Source: the human T2T-CHM13v2.0 reference genome, Homo sapiens. From it: DNA of 64,000 nucleotides. Where the stretch lies: the NCBI RefSeq assembly GCF_009914755.1, contig NC_060929.1. One strand, given 5' to 3'. The position numbers and the translations under genes were made by a program. The notes below the pieces were generated by a model. The model saw nothing but the letters and a program-made list of their open reading frames with translations, had not been told where the DNA came from and did not search any database. This document shows positions 14,934 to 28,361 of the stretch, piece after piece (positions within the stretch are counted from its first letter, which is position 1; each line of letters begins with the position of its first letter).

Positions 14934-15113
14934 TGATATGGTTTGGCTTTGTGTCCCCACCCAAATCTCATAGTGAATTGTGATTCCGATTCCACGTGTT
15001 GGAGGTGGGGCCTGGTGGGAGGTGATTGGATCATGGGGTGGTTTCTAATGGTTTAGCACCATTCTGCTAGTGTTGTCTCATGACAGCGTTCTCATGAGAT
15101 CTGATTGTTTAAA
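14934..15113 (+). mobile_element. MSTA-like LTR, 5' part only
   Basis: tgatatggtttggctttgtgtccccacccaaatctc...tgagatctgattgtttaaaa, then the match ends abruptly. Confidence 0.85.
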
Positions 15114-15445
15114 ACTCTGATACATGCAACAATGTGAACGAACCTCAACATAATTATGCTGAGCAAAAGTCAGAAAAAAAAAACCCTGTGATTTATTTAC
15201 ATTAAATTCTAGAAAATGGAAGTGTAGTCTCCAGTGGTTACCTAGGAACAGGTAGGGAGGAGGAAAATGGTATTACAGAGGAATGTGATAAAACTGTTCA
15301 AGGTGATAGAAAATGTTCATCATCTTGATTGTGATGGAAGATTTCAAGGATATAGCTCTATCTCAGAACTTTTCAAATGGTATACTTTAAATATATACCT
15401 GTTTTGAATGTCAATTATATTTTAATAAAGAAGTTAAAAATAAAA
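15114..15445 (+). mobile_element. L1MC/MD-like 3' UTR
   Basis: tacatgcaacaatgtgaacgaacctc..catcttgattgtgatgg..gtcaattatattttaataaag. Confidence 0.7.
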
Positions 15446-15529
15446 GACCAGAAAAGGACTATGACTGTGGGAGGAACAGCAACTAAAACAAATTTTAAAA
15501 AGAGAATAACAAAATGATCATAAATCCTG

Positions 15530-15745
15530 GCTATATACCACATGGTGTTCGAAAATGTTTTTCATGTGTTATCTCATTTAAACCTCAGAACAGCCCTATG
15601 AACTCAACATCATAGTTATGTAACTTTACAAATAAAGAAAATGAGGCACGGAGAGGTTAAGTAATTTACATATGGATATTCACACAATAAGGAATAAAGG
15701 CTAGATTAAATACTGACATTTTACTACCCGAGCCCACATTCCTAA
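15530..15745 (-). mobile_element. MIR
   Basis: atctcatttaaacctcagaacagccctatga..tttacaaataaagaaaatgaggcacggagaggttaagtaa is the MIR core. Confidence 0.8.
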
Positions 15746-15879
15746 TGATTTTTCTGCTCTCAACTACAAACTGAGTAAGGCTGTTCCATTGAAAACAACG
15801 AGATTATGTTAATAATAATGTACACGTTATGAATAATAAGCTGTTAAAAATTATTTCACTGTAAACCATATTTTATTTT

Positions 15880-16405
15880 GTTATTATTTAATATCATGTT
15901 ACTTGACAAACAATTATATGTATTGCGGGGTATAATGTAATATTTTGATGTTTGTTTACAATGTGGAATGATTATTTTTATCTTTAAGGTATTTATTTTA
16001 GAAACAGGGTCTTGCTGTATTGTCTAGCCTGTAGAGCAGTGACTATTCACAAGCATCACCATCACCCACTACAACCTCAAACTCCTGGCCTCAAGTGATC
16101 CTCCTGCCTCAGCCTCCAGAGTAGCTGGGACTACAAGAGCATAACATCATGCCCTGCTACACTGTGGAATTATTGAATCATACTAATTAATAAATTCATC
16201 ACCTCACATACTTATCTTTTTTGTGTGTAGAAAACATTTAAAATCTAATATTTTAGCAATTTTGATATATGCAATGCATTATTCTTTATGATAGTCACTA
16301 TTCTGTGTAATAGATTACTACAGCTTATTTCTCCTAACTGAAACCCTGTACTCTCTGGTCAACATCTCTTTTCTCATTCACTCTCTTGCTCCAGCTGCTG
16401 GAATC
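15880..16405 (-). mobile_element. L1MA 3' end, split by a FAM
   Basis: ttgacaaacaattatatgtattgcggggtataatg..atcacctcacatacttatc..aatctaatattttagcaattt. Confidence 0.75.
15974..16157 (-). mobile_element. FAM (fossil Alu monomer)
   Basis: Monomer containing the FAM/7SL-type segment gcagtgactattcacaagc. 17-bp TSD tacaatgtggaatgatt / tacactgtggaattatt. Confidence 0.8.
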
Positions 16406-16959
16406 CACACTTCACATAAACAGGACTATGCTTTGTTTCCTTCTGCATTTCTCATGCATAGAAACACTGCCTAGCATATAGCAGAGGCTCGTTAATCACG
16501 TTTAAAAATTTGTTAAATAAAAAGAAAAATTATGATCTGATACTGTCAAAACTTGGATGCTATTTTTTTTTAATTTGGATAGATTGATTCAGTCTTCTTT
16601 ATATAAAGATGTGGTAGAAGTAAGGTAAGGTAAAGTTTGCTGTATACAAATAAAGACTTTTCAGTGTCTTCCATGCAGAATGATTTCTGACAAAATGGAT
16701 ATTACATCCCTCTTCCAAGAAGTCATTTCATGTTTGGTAAAATTGAACAGTTAGAAATGACTACTGGCACCAAAATTTAATTTTTTTAAGAAAAATATGC
16801 TACCCTTTGTTTCCATCTCCTATAGATACTTCTACTTTTAGGGTAACAAGAAATGTGATTTGAAGACCCAAAAAATAAATTAACTCCAACATAGTTTCCA
16901 GGTATGAAATTCTGAATCCTTACAATTTAAAATAAGGAGACTTTTTCTAATTTTTTCAG

Positions 16960-17285
16960 CATTATCCGTGATTCTTAGCCTTGAATTTCCTCTCCTTGAA
17001 AGTCCCAGGAAAGTCCCCTTGCACCCACCCTTTAAGGTCAATTTTAATCCCCATTTCCCACAGATTTCCCAAGCATATAGTCAAAACTAATCTTATGATC
17101 CTTGGACTTTCTTAGCCCATTGCCTTTACCAAACCAGTAGAGTTTGCCACTTTAGTCCCAAACTGTGCTGAAAGGGTTTGTTTCCTTCACCAGAACGCAC
17201 CTACTGGAAGGAAAAAGCTACGCCTTATTCATCTATGAATTCTTAACAGTTCTTTGCTCATAGTTAGCTTTCAAAGTTTGATAAC
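16960..17285 (+). mobile_element. L2 3' remnant
   Basis: ccttattcatctatgaattc...gctcatagttagctttcaa resembles the L2 3' end; very degenerate. Confidence 0.4.
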
Positions 17286-19572
17286 TTTACCATTTATTTC
17301 ACACCTTCTTCTTTGGAAGTAGTAGCAATAAATTAGTTGAACTTTCAACCTAGCCTTTTAAACTTAATCCCTGGCCCTTGTCAAGAGGTGAATTAGTTCT
17401 CTGGAAGAGAAACAGCAGTAGTTTAATTGCAGAGACTACGGCAGGTATCTTTCTGCCTCAAGTCATAAGCTTTCCTGAGGGGGAAAAAATGTATTCCTTA
17501 AGAAATATGTATTAAATAGAAAAGTCCATCTTCATAATGACCTTCTTTATCTATCTTCTTCTATTCCGAATAAGAGATAGCTTTGGACATTTCAGCATGC
17601 TTGAACTACCTGCACTCATTTCTCTGGAATCCACATTATATCAAAGTCCAGCTGTAATAAATCTAGACTTGTGCTAAATTTCCCTTTTGGCTTAATGTTC
17701 CATTTTGTGTTAGACAAGAACCCAGCAGAGATGAGATACAGAATTCTGATTTTGCTGTGTTATGCCTTATAGCAAGCCAACTGCCAAAATAGGGCAATAA
17801 AACCGAAGTGTGTATATCATGAAACAAACATGACTAACAGGTAGACATTTTCCTTAAATACTCAGAAGGTTTTATGATGATAAACAATATAATGTGGATA
17901 TAAGAGGCTTATAGTTCCTTAAGTTCATGAGTAAAATGATTTCAACCACTTTCTAGCATCCGTTTATCTTCAGGAAGTATAGTGAGGCTAATGGCAAATA
18001 ACTAAAATGTTTATTTAAAATAATTAAAGACTTGATTCAGTATGGATTTAATATAAAAGAATATATGCTATTTCAATCATTTGTTTGGGTTATTGTGAAC
18101 ATTTTAAGATTGAAAGTGGAATTGTAGTGTTCCATGTAGGCTTTAATGTCTTATGCAAACCATTGTAATGATTTCTCTTCATACACATACTAGCATACAT
18201 AAAACAGTTTGGAAGTTCAACTCTTCAATTATAAAAAGAGTTTTTTGCTACCCTATTTTAACTATGAGTAGAGTATTCTACAAGGTGTTTTGCTAGATTT
18301 ATTGAAATATTGACATGCTACAACAACTATAAGGTCATAAAATTTAAAAAGTAAATGAACCATAGAGATGATGTACAACCCTCTATTTATTTCTAATTTT
18401 ATTTTGAGCTGAAAAGAAAATTTAAGGTGTTATTCTCATTATATAATGATATTTCTGCCCTGTGTGTTTATAAGATGTAGAATCAGAATTCAATAGTTGT
18501 TATTTCTGTCATTGCTCATATTTTATCAGAAGTACATTATCTCACTTATTTGTATTATTCTTATCAATCTTTCCCTACATAAAAAGTGTCTTCCATATGC
18601 AAGCTGTTTTGCTAGATACTGGGTTACAACAATGAGAAAGATAGAGAGAGCCCCTCCCTTGAAGGAACTTGATATGTCCATTTTAAACCTACAGAAGCAA
18701 AATCTAGTGTATATAGGTATATAAGTATATATATAATAATTGCAGATTAATCGATAAATTTAATAGCACATAAGTTATTTTGTGGCAAATATTATGCTAA
18801 GAAATTTGCATATATTGAGCAGTATAAATTACTAGCAGAAATAAACAAAGTTGTCATATAGAGTTGACTGTTGAATGACATTGGTTTGACCTGCATGGGT
18901 ACACTTATATGCAAATTTTTTACAATAAATATATTGGAAAATATTTTTAACCTATGTGAAATTCAAAATTTAAAATTTCACGATGAATCACATAGACTGG
19001 AAATATTTTAAAAATCAAATAAAAAATCAAAAAATCAAATCAAAAAAGTTATGAGTTATATGTAGATATATGTACATGAGATATATGTAGATAATAATCT
19101 ATTTTATTATTTACTACCATAAAAGATACCATATAAGCTGTATATGTGTCTATTATAAAACATTAACATTTATCAAAACATATGCACAAAAAATTTATCG
19201 ACCATACGTGCTGCCATTTGCAGATGAGGAAAATGTAAACAAATGTAAGGATGCAATGTTAAATCATAGTTGCAAAAAATTAACTGTAGTACATACTTCA
19301 TGATTGTAATAATTTCATAGTCACCTCCTGTTGCTGTTGTGGTGAGCTCAAGTCTTGCGTGTTTCTGATTAAAACATCTTACGACGCTAATCATCTACCA
19401 GTTAGCAGTTTATCTCTCCAGTAAATTGCATATTGCATTAAAAATGATCTCTTGGAGTTCTTGAGTATTTTTATCATGTTTCGTGCAATATCATAAACCT
19501 TGAGTAACACTGTGTGAGCCACATACACTGCGACTAGTGATGCTGGAAGTGTTTCCAAAAAGCAGAGAAATG

Positions 19573-19878
19573 GGTCTGTCATGGTGTCTCATGCCTGTAA
19601 TCCCAGCACTTTGAGAGGCCGAGGCGGGTGGATCACCCGAGGTCAGGAATTCAAGACCAGCCTGGCCAACATGGTGAAAGCCTGTCTCTACTAAAAATAC
19701 AAATATTAGCTGGGCATGATAACGCATTCCTGCAATCCCAAATACTCAGAGGTTGAGACAACAGCATCGCTTGAACCCAGGAGGCGGAGGTCGCAGTGAG
19801 CTGAGATAACGCCACTGCACTCCAGCCTGGATGACAGTGTGTGACTCAGTCTCAAAAAAAAAAAAAAGAGAAAAAAGG
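19573..19878 (+). mobile_element. Alu (AluS-type) inside Tigger2
   Basis: Full dimer with aaaaagcagaga on both flanks. Confidence 0.92.
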
Positions 19879-20331
19879 AAAAAGCAGAGACAGAGAAACA
19901 TCATGACATTATAAGAGGAAGTTGAATTGCTTGAAGTTTGCAGCTGAGGTTGTCCACTAATTCAAGATAAATAAAATTTGTGAAGTCATTGATACCAGCA
20001 GGCAAGCTTATGCCAGCAGGCAAGAAAACTTCGTAATTTTTGCAAAAATACCTTTTTTTGTATTAAAAATGCAGATTTTATGTGGTTGCAGTATTGCTAC
20101 AAGAAAGGCATAGCTATTGACTCTGATATGATTTGAGAAAAAGTAAAGTAATTATATGACAACTTAAAGATATGGGAAGGTGAAAGATCTAAAACTTCCA
20201 AAAAAGGGAGATTTGATAATTTTAGAATGAGGTTTGGCTTAAAAAAGTGTCAAAATAACAGGAGAAGCAGCTTCTGCTGACCAAGGAAGACAAGTTCAGT
20301 TTCCAGACACCATTAAGAAAATCATTGAGTG

Positions 20332-20977
<646 letters not shown>

Positions 20978-22628
20978 AAGAAAATCATTGAGGAGAATGT
21001 ATAGCCTGAATGAGTTTTTAATGTAGACAAAAGTGCTCTATTCTGAAAAAAAAAAAAAAAAAAAAGTCAAAAACGATATTTATTAATAAGGAAGAGAAGG
21101 AAGCACCAGGAAGGGATAGGCTAATTCTATAGCTTTGTGCAAATGCAGTAGGATTTCTGATCAGGACTACCCTTATCTACAAAGCTGCTCATTTTTGAGT
21201 GTTGAGGGGAAAATATAAACTCCAGCTGTCTGTTTTTTGATCGTACAAGAGGAAGGTTTGTATATCAAGAACCATTTTCTTCTGGATTGGTTCCATCTAT
21301 GCTTTGTCCCTGAAATTAGGAAGCACCTTACCAGTAATGTACTTAGTTGTAGAGTTATTTTGATATTGGGCAGTACTTCTGGCCATGCAGAGTTCAACAT
21401 CAAAGGTGTCAAAATGGTCTATTTGCCCCAAAAACAATGTCTGTAATTCAGTCTCTATATCCGAAGATCATCAGGACCTTAAGGTTCATTAAACCTGGTA
21501 CTCTATGGAAATAATGCTACAGAAAACAAGCCCAACAGAGAGAACACCATGAAAGTCTGGAAGGATTGCACCATTGAAGATGCAATGACTGTTATAGAAA
21601 AAGCCTTGAGAGCTATCAAACCTGAGACATGAAATTCCTGCTGGAGCAAATGAGCCCAGATGTTGTACATAACTTCACAGGATTTATGACAGAGCCAATC
21701 ATAGAGATCATGAAAGACACTCTGGACTGGCAAAAAAGGTGGGGGTCAAGGTTTTCAACATATGGAACTTGGAGGAATTCAAAGTAATAATAGATACTTG
21801 ATATGGTTTGAACATTTGTCACCTCTAAATCTCATAATGAATGCAATCACCAATGTTGGAAGTAGGACCCGGTGGAAGGCAATTGGATAATGGGGGCAGG
21901 TCTATCATGAGTGACTTTACACAATCCTCTTGGTTATGAGTGATTTATTGCTCTGAGTTCACATGAGATCTGGTTGTTTAAAAGTGTATGGCACCTCCTC
22001 CCTCTTTCTCTTGCTCCTGTTCTCACCATGTGAGATGCCAACTCCCCTTTTGCCTTCCATCATGATTTTAAGCTGCCAGATGCCTCACCAGACGCCAAGC
22101 AGATACCAGCACCATGCTTCCTGTACAGCCTGCAGAACCATGAGCCAAATAAACCTCTTTATGTTATAAATTACCCAGTCTCAGGTACGTCTTTATATCT
22201 TCAGTAACAACCTAATATAGAAAACTGATGCTGAAGAGTAGAGCATTGCTATAAATATACGTGAAGATGTGGAAGTGCCTTTGCAAATGGGTAACGGGTA
22301 GAGGTTGGAAGAGTTTGGAGAGCTCAGAAGAAGACAGGAAGATGAGGGGAAGTTTGGAACTTCATAGAGACTGTCTACCTGATTGTGACCAAAATGCTGA
22401 TAGAGATATGGAAAGTGAAGGTCAGGCTGATGAGGTCTCAGATGGAAATGAACAAATTATTTGTAACAAAAGCAATTAAATTACCAGTGTTATGCCCTAT
22501 CAAAGAACTTGGCTGCATTGTATTCATGTTCTAGGTATCTGTGGAAGTTTGGAATTAAGAATGATGACTTAGGGTATCAGGTGGAAAAAAAATTCAAAGC
22601 AGCAAAGTGTTCAAGATGTGGCATGGCT

Positions 22629-22997
<369 letters not shown>

Positions 22998-23998
22998 TTA
23001 AAGTTGGAACTTGTATTTAAAAGGGAAGCAGAGAATAAAAGTTTGAAAATTTTGGAGACTGGCAATGTGGCAAAGAAAGAAAAAGCATTTTCGGGTGAGG
23101 AATTCAAGTAGACTATGGAACAACAACTTGCTAAAGAGATTAGCATGATTAAAAGGGAACCAAGTGGTATTTTCCAAGACAATTTTTAAAAAGGCCCCGA
23201 AGGCAGTTCAGAAATCTTGAAGACAGCCCTTCTCATCACAGGCACAGAGGCCTAGCAGGAAATGAAAAATAGTTTGGGGAGTCAGGTCTGGGGTGCCAAT
23301 GCATTGTGCCACCTCATAGACATTACTCCTCACAACTTGACTGCTTGGCTCCAGTTGTGACTCAAAAGGCCCCAGGTATAGCTCAGACTGCCACTTTGGA
23401 GAGTGCAAGATTCCATAGCACTGGCAGCTTCATTGTGGTGTTAAGCCTGTAGGCACAGAGAATGCAAGAGTGAAGGAAGTTTGGAAGGTACCACCTAGAT
23501 TTCCAAGGATATATGGGAAAGCCTTGCTTCCCAGGTAAAAGCCTGCCACAGAGAAATTGTACAAGGGCAATGCCAATAGAAAATGTGGAATTGGAGCCCC
23601 CACACAGATTGCCCACTAGGGAAGGGGGCCACTGCCCTCCAGACTCAAGAGTGGTAGAGACAGTGGCAGGTTGCCTCCTCAGCCTGGAAAAGCTGTAGCC
23701 AACAAATGCGCAAGGATGGAGCTGCCAAGGCCTTGGGAGTCCACCTCTCACATCAGTGTGTCTTGGATGTGGAACATAGAGACAAAGGAGATCATTTTAG
23801 AGCATTGAGATTTAGTGACTGCCTTCCAACTTTCAGACTTGTGTGGGGGCTATTGATCCTTTCTTTTGGCCAATTTATCCCTTTTGGAATAAAAATATTT
23901 ACCCAATGCCTGTACCATCATTGTATATTGGAAGTAAATAACTTGTTTTTATTTCCAGGCTCATAGGTGGAAGGAGATGAGTCTCAGATGGGACTTAG

Positions 23999-25455
23999 TG
24001 AGTGATGACAACATGTTAGCAGCCCTCGCTCGCTCTCGGTGCCTCCTCGGCCTTGGCACCCACTCTGACTGCTCTTGAGGAGCCCTTCAGGTCGCCACTG
24101 CACTGTGGGAGCCCCTCTCTGGGCTGGCCGAGGCTGGAGCCAGCTCCCTCTGCTTGCGGGGAGGTGTGGCGGGCAGAGGCATAGGCAGGACCAGGGCTGC
24201 ACGCAGCGCTTGCAGGCCAGTGTGAGTTCCGGGTGGGTGCGGGCTCAGTGGGCCCCGCACTTAGAGCAGCCGGCCGGCACCACCAGCCCTGGGCAGTGAG
24301 GGGCTTAGCAGCCAGGCCAGCAGCTGCGGAGGATGCGCCAGGTCCCCCAGTACTGCTGGCCTGCCCACGTCACACTGGAATTCTTGCCAGGCCTCAACTA
24401 CCTCCCCATGGGGCAGGGCTCGGGACCTGCAGCCCACCATGCCCACACCATCCCCCCTCCCTGGTAGGCTCCCACGCAGCCTGAACCTCCCCAGCAGGGC
24501 GCTGCCCCTGCTCCACAGCGCCCGGTCCCATTGACTGTCCAAGGGCTAAGGAGTGCGAGCATGCAGTGCGGGGCTGGTGGGCAGCTCCGCCCGCAGCCCT
24601 GGTGCAGGATCCACTAGGCAAAGCCAGCTGGGCTCCTGAGTTGGGTGGGGACTTGGAGAACTTTTATGTCTAGCCAGAGGATTACATATGCAACAATCAG
24701 CACTGTGTGTCTAGCTCAGGGTTCGTGGATGCACTAATCAGCACTCTGTATCTAGCTAATCTGGTGGGGTCTTGGAGAACTTTTATGTCTAGCTAAAGGA
24801 TTGTAAATACACCAATCAGCACTCTGTGTCTAGCTCAAGGTTTATAAACGCACCAATCAGCACTCTGTGTCTAGCTCAAGGTTTGTAAATGCACCAATCA
24901 GTGCTCTGTGTCTAGTTAATCTAGTGGGGACTTGGAGAATTTTTACATCTAGCTAGAAGTTTGTAAATACACCAATCAGCACTCTGTGGCTAGCTCAGGG
25001 ATTGTAAACGCACCAGTCAGCACCCTGTCAAAACGAACCAATCAGCTCTCTGTAAAATGGACCAATCAGCTCTCTGTAAAATGGGCCAATCAGCAGGATG
25101 TGGGTGGGGCCAGATAAGAGAATAAAAGCAGGCTGTCCCAGCCAGCAGCAGCAACCCATGGGTCCCCTTCCACGTTGTGGAAGCTTTGTTCTTTCGCTCT
25201 TTGCAATAAATCTTGCTGCTTCTCACTCTTTGGGTCTGCACTGCTTTTATGAGCTGTAACACTTACTGCGAAGGTCTGCAGCTTCACTCCTGAGGCCAGC
25301 GAGACCACGAACCCACTGGGAGCAATGAACAGCTCCGGACAGGAGGAACAAACAACTCCAGACGTGCCGCCTTATGTGCTGTAGCACTCACCCTGAGGGT
25401 CTGCAGCTTCATTCTTGAAGTTAGTGAGACCAAGAACCCACCAATTTTGGACACA
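23999..25455 (+). mobile_element. LTR12 (ERV9) solo LTR, LTR12C/D/E group
   Basis: tgagtgatgacaacatgttagcagccctcgctcgctctcgg...gaacccaccaattttggacaca, with a 4-bp TSD ttag (23995-23998, 25456-25459). Confidence 0.95.
24690..25130 (+). promoter_or_regulatory. LTR12 U3 tandem CCAAT (NF-Y) repeat array and AATAAAA promoter motif
   Basis: About ten copies or variants of accaatcagc at ~24691, 24732, 24810, 24851, 24892, 24970, 25011, 25036, 25060 and 25085. aataaaa at 25121. Confidence 0.75.
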
Positions 25456-25959
25456 TTAGGACTTTGGACTTGATGCTGGAATGAGTTAAGGCTTTGGAGG
25501 ATGATTGAGAAGGGATGATTGTATTTGCGAGGTGAAAAGAACGTGATATTTGGTGGGGCAGAAGCAGGATGATATAGTTTGGGTATTTATTCCCTCCATA
25601 CCTCTGATAAAATGTAATCCCTAATAATCGAGGTGGAGCCTGGTGGAAGGTGATTGGATCATGGGAAAGATCCCTCTTGATTGGCTTAGTGCCATCCTCT
25701 TGGTGATAAGTGAATTCTTTCTCTGAGTTCACATGAAATCTGACTGCTGAAAAGTGTTTGGCACCTCCCCATTCTCTCTTTTGCTACTGCTGTCACCACA
25801 TGATACCCTGGCTTCCCCTTTGCCTTCTGCCATGATTGTAGGTTTCCCGAGACCTCACTGGAAGCTGAGCAGATGCCAACACCTTGATTCCTGTACAGCC
25901 TGCAGAACCATGAACCAATTAAACCCATTTTCTTTAAAAATTACTCAGCCTCAGGTATT

Positions 25960-26258
25960 TTTTTTTTTTTTTTTGAGACAGAGTCTCACTCTGTCGACCA
26001 GGCTGGAGTGCAGTGATGCTATCTCGGCTCAGTGCAAGCTCTGCCTCCCAGGTTCACGCCATTCTCCTGCCTCAGCCTCCTGAGTAGCTGGGACTACAGG
26101 TGCCTGCCACCATGCCCGGCTAATTTTTTGTATTTTTTTTAGTAGGGACGGGGTTTCACTGTGTTAGCCAGGATGGTCTTAATCTCCTGAGCTCGTGATC
26201 CAACTGCCTCAGCCTCCCAAAGTGCTGGGATTATAGGCGTGAGCCACCACACCCTGCC
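25960..26258 (-). mobile_element. AluY inside the 3' MST LTR
   Basis: gcaagctctgcctcccaggttcacgccattctcc, with cagcctcaggtattt on both flanks. Confidence 0.93.
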
Positions 26259-26967
26259 AGCCTCAGGTATTTTTTAATAGCAACACTAGAACTGCCTAAT
26301 ACCACACCAGAGGTATTAATAGACGATGACTTGAGAGAGGTAAGTGCTTCAAAACCAGTGCCAGACAATCAGGAAGAAGATACAGAAAAAAAAAAAAATG
26401 TCAGAAAACAAATTCACATTAGATAATCTCAAAGAAGGGTGCCTATTAGTCTAGACTGCTTTTGACTACTCTTAAGACATGGACGCTTCTATAATATGGG
26501 CATTGAAACTAAAGTAAACGGTGAAAAAAGAATTGGTATCATATAGAAACATTTTTAGAGAAATTAAAAAGTTAAAAAAAAGTCCAACAGAAATTACAAG
26601 GTATTTCTCTAAAGTTACACCAAGTGTGCCTGCTTCACCTGCCTCCCCTTCCACCTCCTTCTCCCCTTTAGCCTCTGACACCCCTGAGACAGCAAGAGCA
26701 CCCCCCACCTTCAGCCTACTCAATGTGAAGATGAAGAGGATAAAAAGTTTTATGATGACCCATTTCCACTTGAGGAATAGTAAATATATTTTTTCTTCCT
26801 TATGATTTTCTTAATAACATTTTTTTCTGTAGCTTCATCGTAAGAATATAGTATATAATACATACAGCAAACAAAATATGTGTTAATTGATCATGTTATC
26901 ACTAAGGCTTCCTGTCAAGATTGGGCTATTAGTAATTAATGTTTGGGGGAATCAAAAGTAATTTGTG

Positions 26968-27276
26968 GGCTGGGCACAGTGACTCACACCTACAGTTCTA
27001 GCCCCTTTGGAGGCCAAGGCAACAGGATCACTTGAGACCAGGAGTTCAAGCCCAGACTGGGCAATATAGTAAGAGTCTATCTCTACAGAAAATAAAGAAA
27101 TTCGCCAGGCATGGTGGTGTGTGCCTATAGTCCCAGCTACTCAGGAGTCTGAGGAAGAAAGATCACTTGAGTCCAGGAGTTTGAGGCCACAGTGAGCTAT
27201 GATCACATCACTGAACTCCATCTTGGATGGAGTGAGACCCTGTCTCTACTAAATAAATACACAAATAAATAAATAA
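26968..27276 (+). mobile_element. AluJ inside the Tigger2 3' end
   Basis: ggatcacttgagaccaggagttcaag..gaaagatcacttgagtccaggagtttgaggccacagtgagctatgatc are AluJ diagnostics. Confidence 0.88.
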
Positions 27277-27720
27277 GTCCTATATGGAATTTTGATTTTG
27301 TGGTGGATTGGCACCCCAATTCCCTCATCGTTCAAGTATCAACTGTATGTACAAAAAGTAATGTTCAAAGAAAATATATAATATAGAGATTTTTATATTA
27401 ATTATTTTGCATTCCTTTTATCAAAGTGCAAATCTATATGATGCATTAACAAATTTAAAGTCTCTTTGCTTAAAAATTTGTAAAACAATATAATGTATTT
27501 TTTATGTTAAGTACATTTAAAATATACTAACCATTTGTGTGACACCAGAAACTTTACAGAATAATCAACATTTTTCTTGAATTTTAGCACACATAGAGTG
27601 TGCTAAACCAAATTTTAGAGAACCACCATATTCCTATTAAGTGTAATTTCATGTTTTGATTAGTGAGAAAAGAAATAATTTGACTCATAACATTTTACTC
27701 TATTATTCAGAGGTTGTGTC

Positions 27721-27722
<2 letters not shown>

Positions 27723-27762
<40 letters not shown>
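27723..27762. repeat. (TG)n microsatellite, about 20 units
   Basis: Direct reading. Confidence 0.97.
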
Positions 27763-27766
<4 letters not shown>

Positions 27767-28361
27767 AGTAACGGAAACAGTTGCATAAATATATTTTTAG
27801 TAACTTTTTCAGTAAATTTTTTTAGTAACTGAACATGGCTTTACTAACATGAGTTTAGGAACGCACAACAAATACTTTTTAATTCCAAAATACTAATTTT
27901 TGTAGCTTTTAGTAAATAAACACATAAAATTATCTTTATTGGAACACAGACTTCCCACTCAATGAAAAGTTTTCTCTAAGCAGAAGTTATTAACTTTGAA
28001 CTCCTTCCTTGTAGTTTGCTTATCTATTTTTAAAACACATTCCTATTATAGAGTTTCTTCTCCCATTTTTTTAAATTAAAAGATAATTCCAACAGTTTTC
28101 ATCCCCTAAACGAATATGGCGAGGTTTTTATCCATGGTGTTGACATTCACTTTATAGGGTTTCTCTATGTGCTTATTGCTTTCTAACTTCGTCCCATAAC
28201 ATAGTCACTATTTAATACTTAACCACTGAAAACCAATACTATTTGAAATCCATGTTGAATATCCAAAAATGCCATCAAATTTTATAATTCATGTTTCTCT
28301 CAAAGAAATTAACAAAATAACAGAGTAGAAAACTGATGTAGAGAAAAAAGGCAGTAATTTT

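Noticed and set aside
24650-25100. Regularly spaced repeats superficially like a CRISPR array
   Set aside because: They are LTR12 U3 tandem enhancer units. The intervening sequences are themselves repeats rather than unique spacers, and this is primate DNA with no cas genes.
23984-25308. Cluster of overlapping ORFs in GC-rich sequence resembling a CpG-island gene start
   Set aside because: Entirely inside the LTR12; these frames are typical of that repeat.
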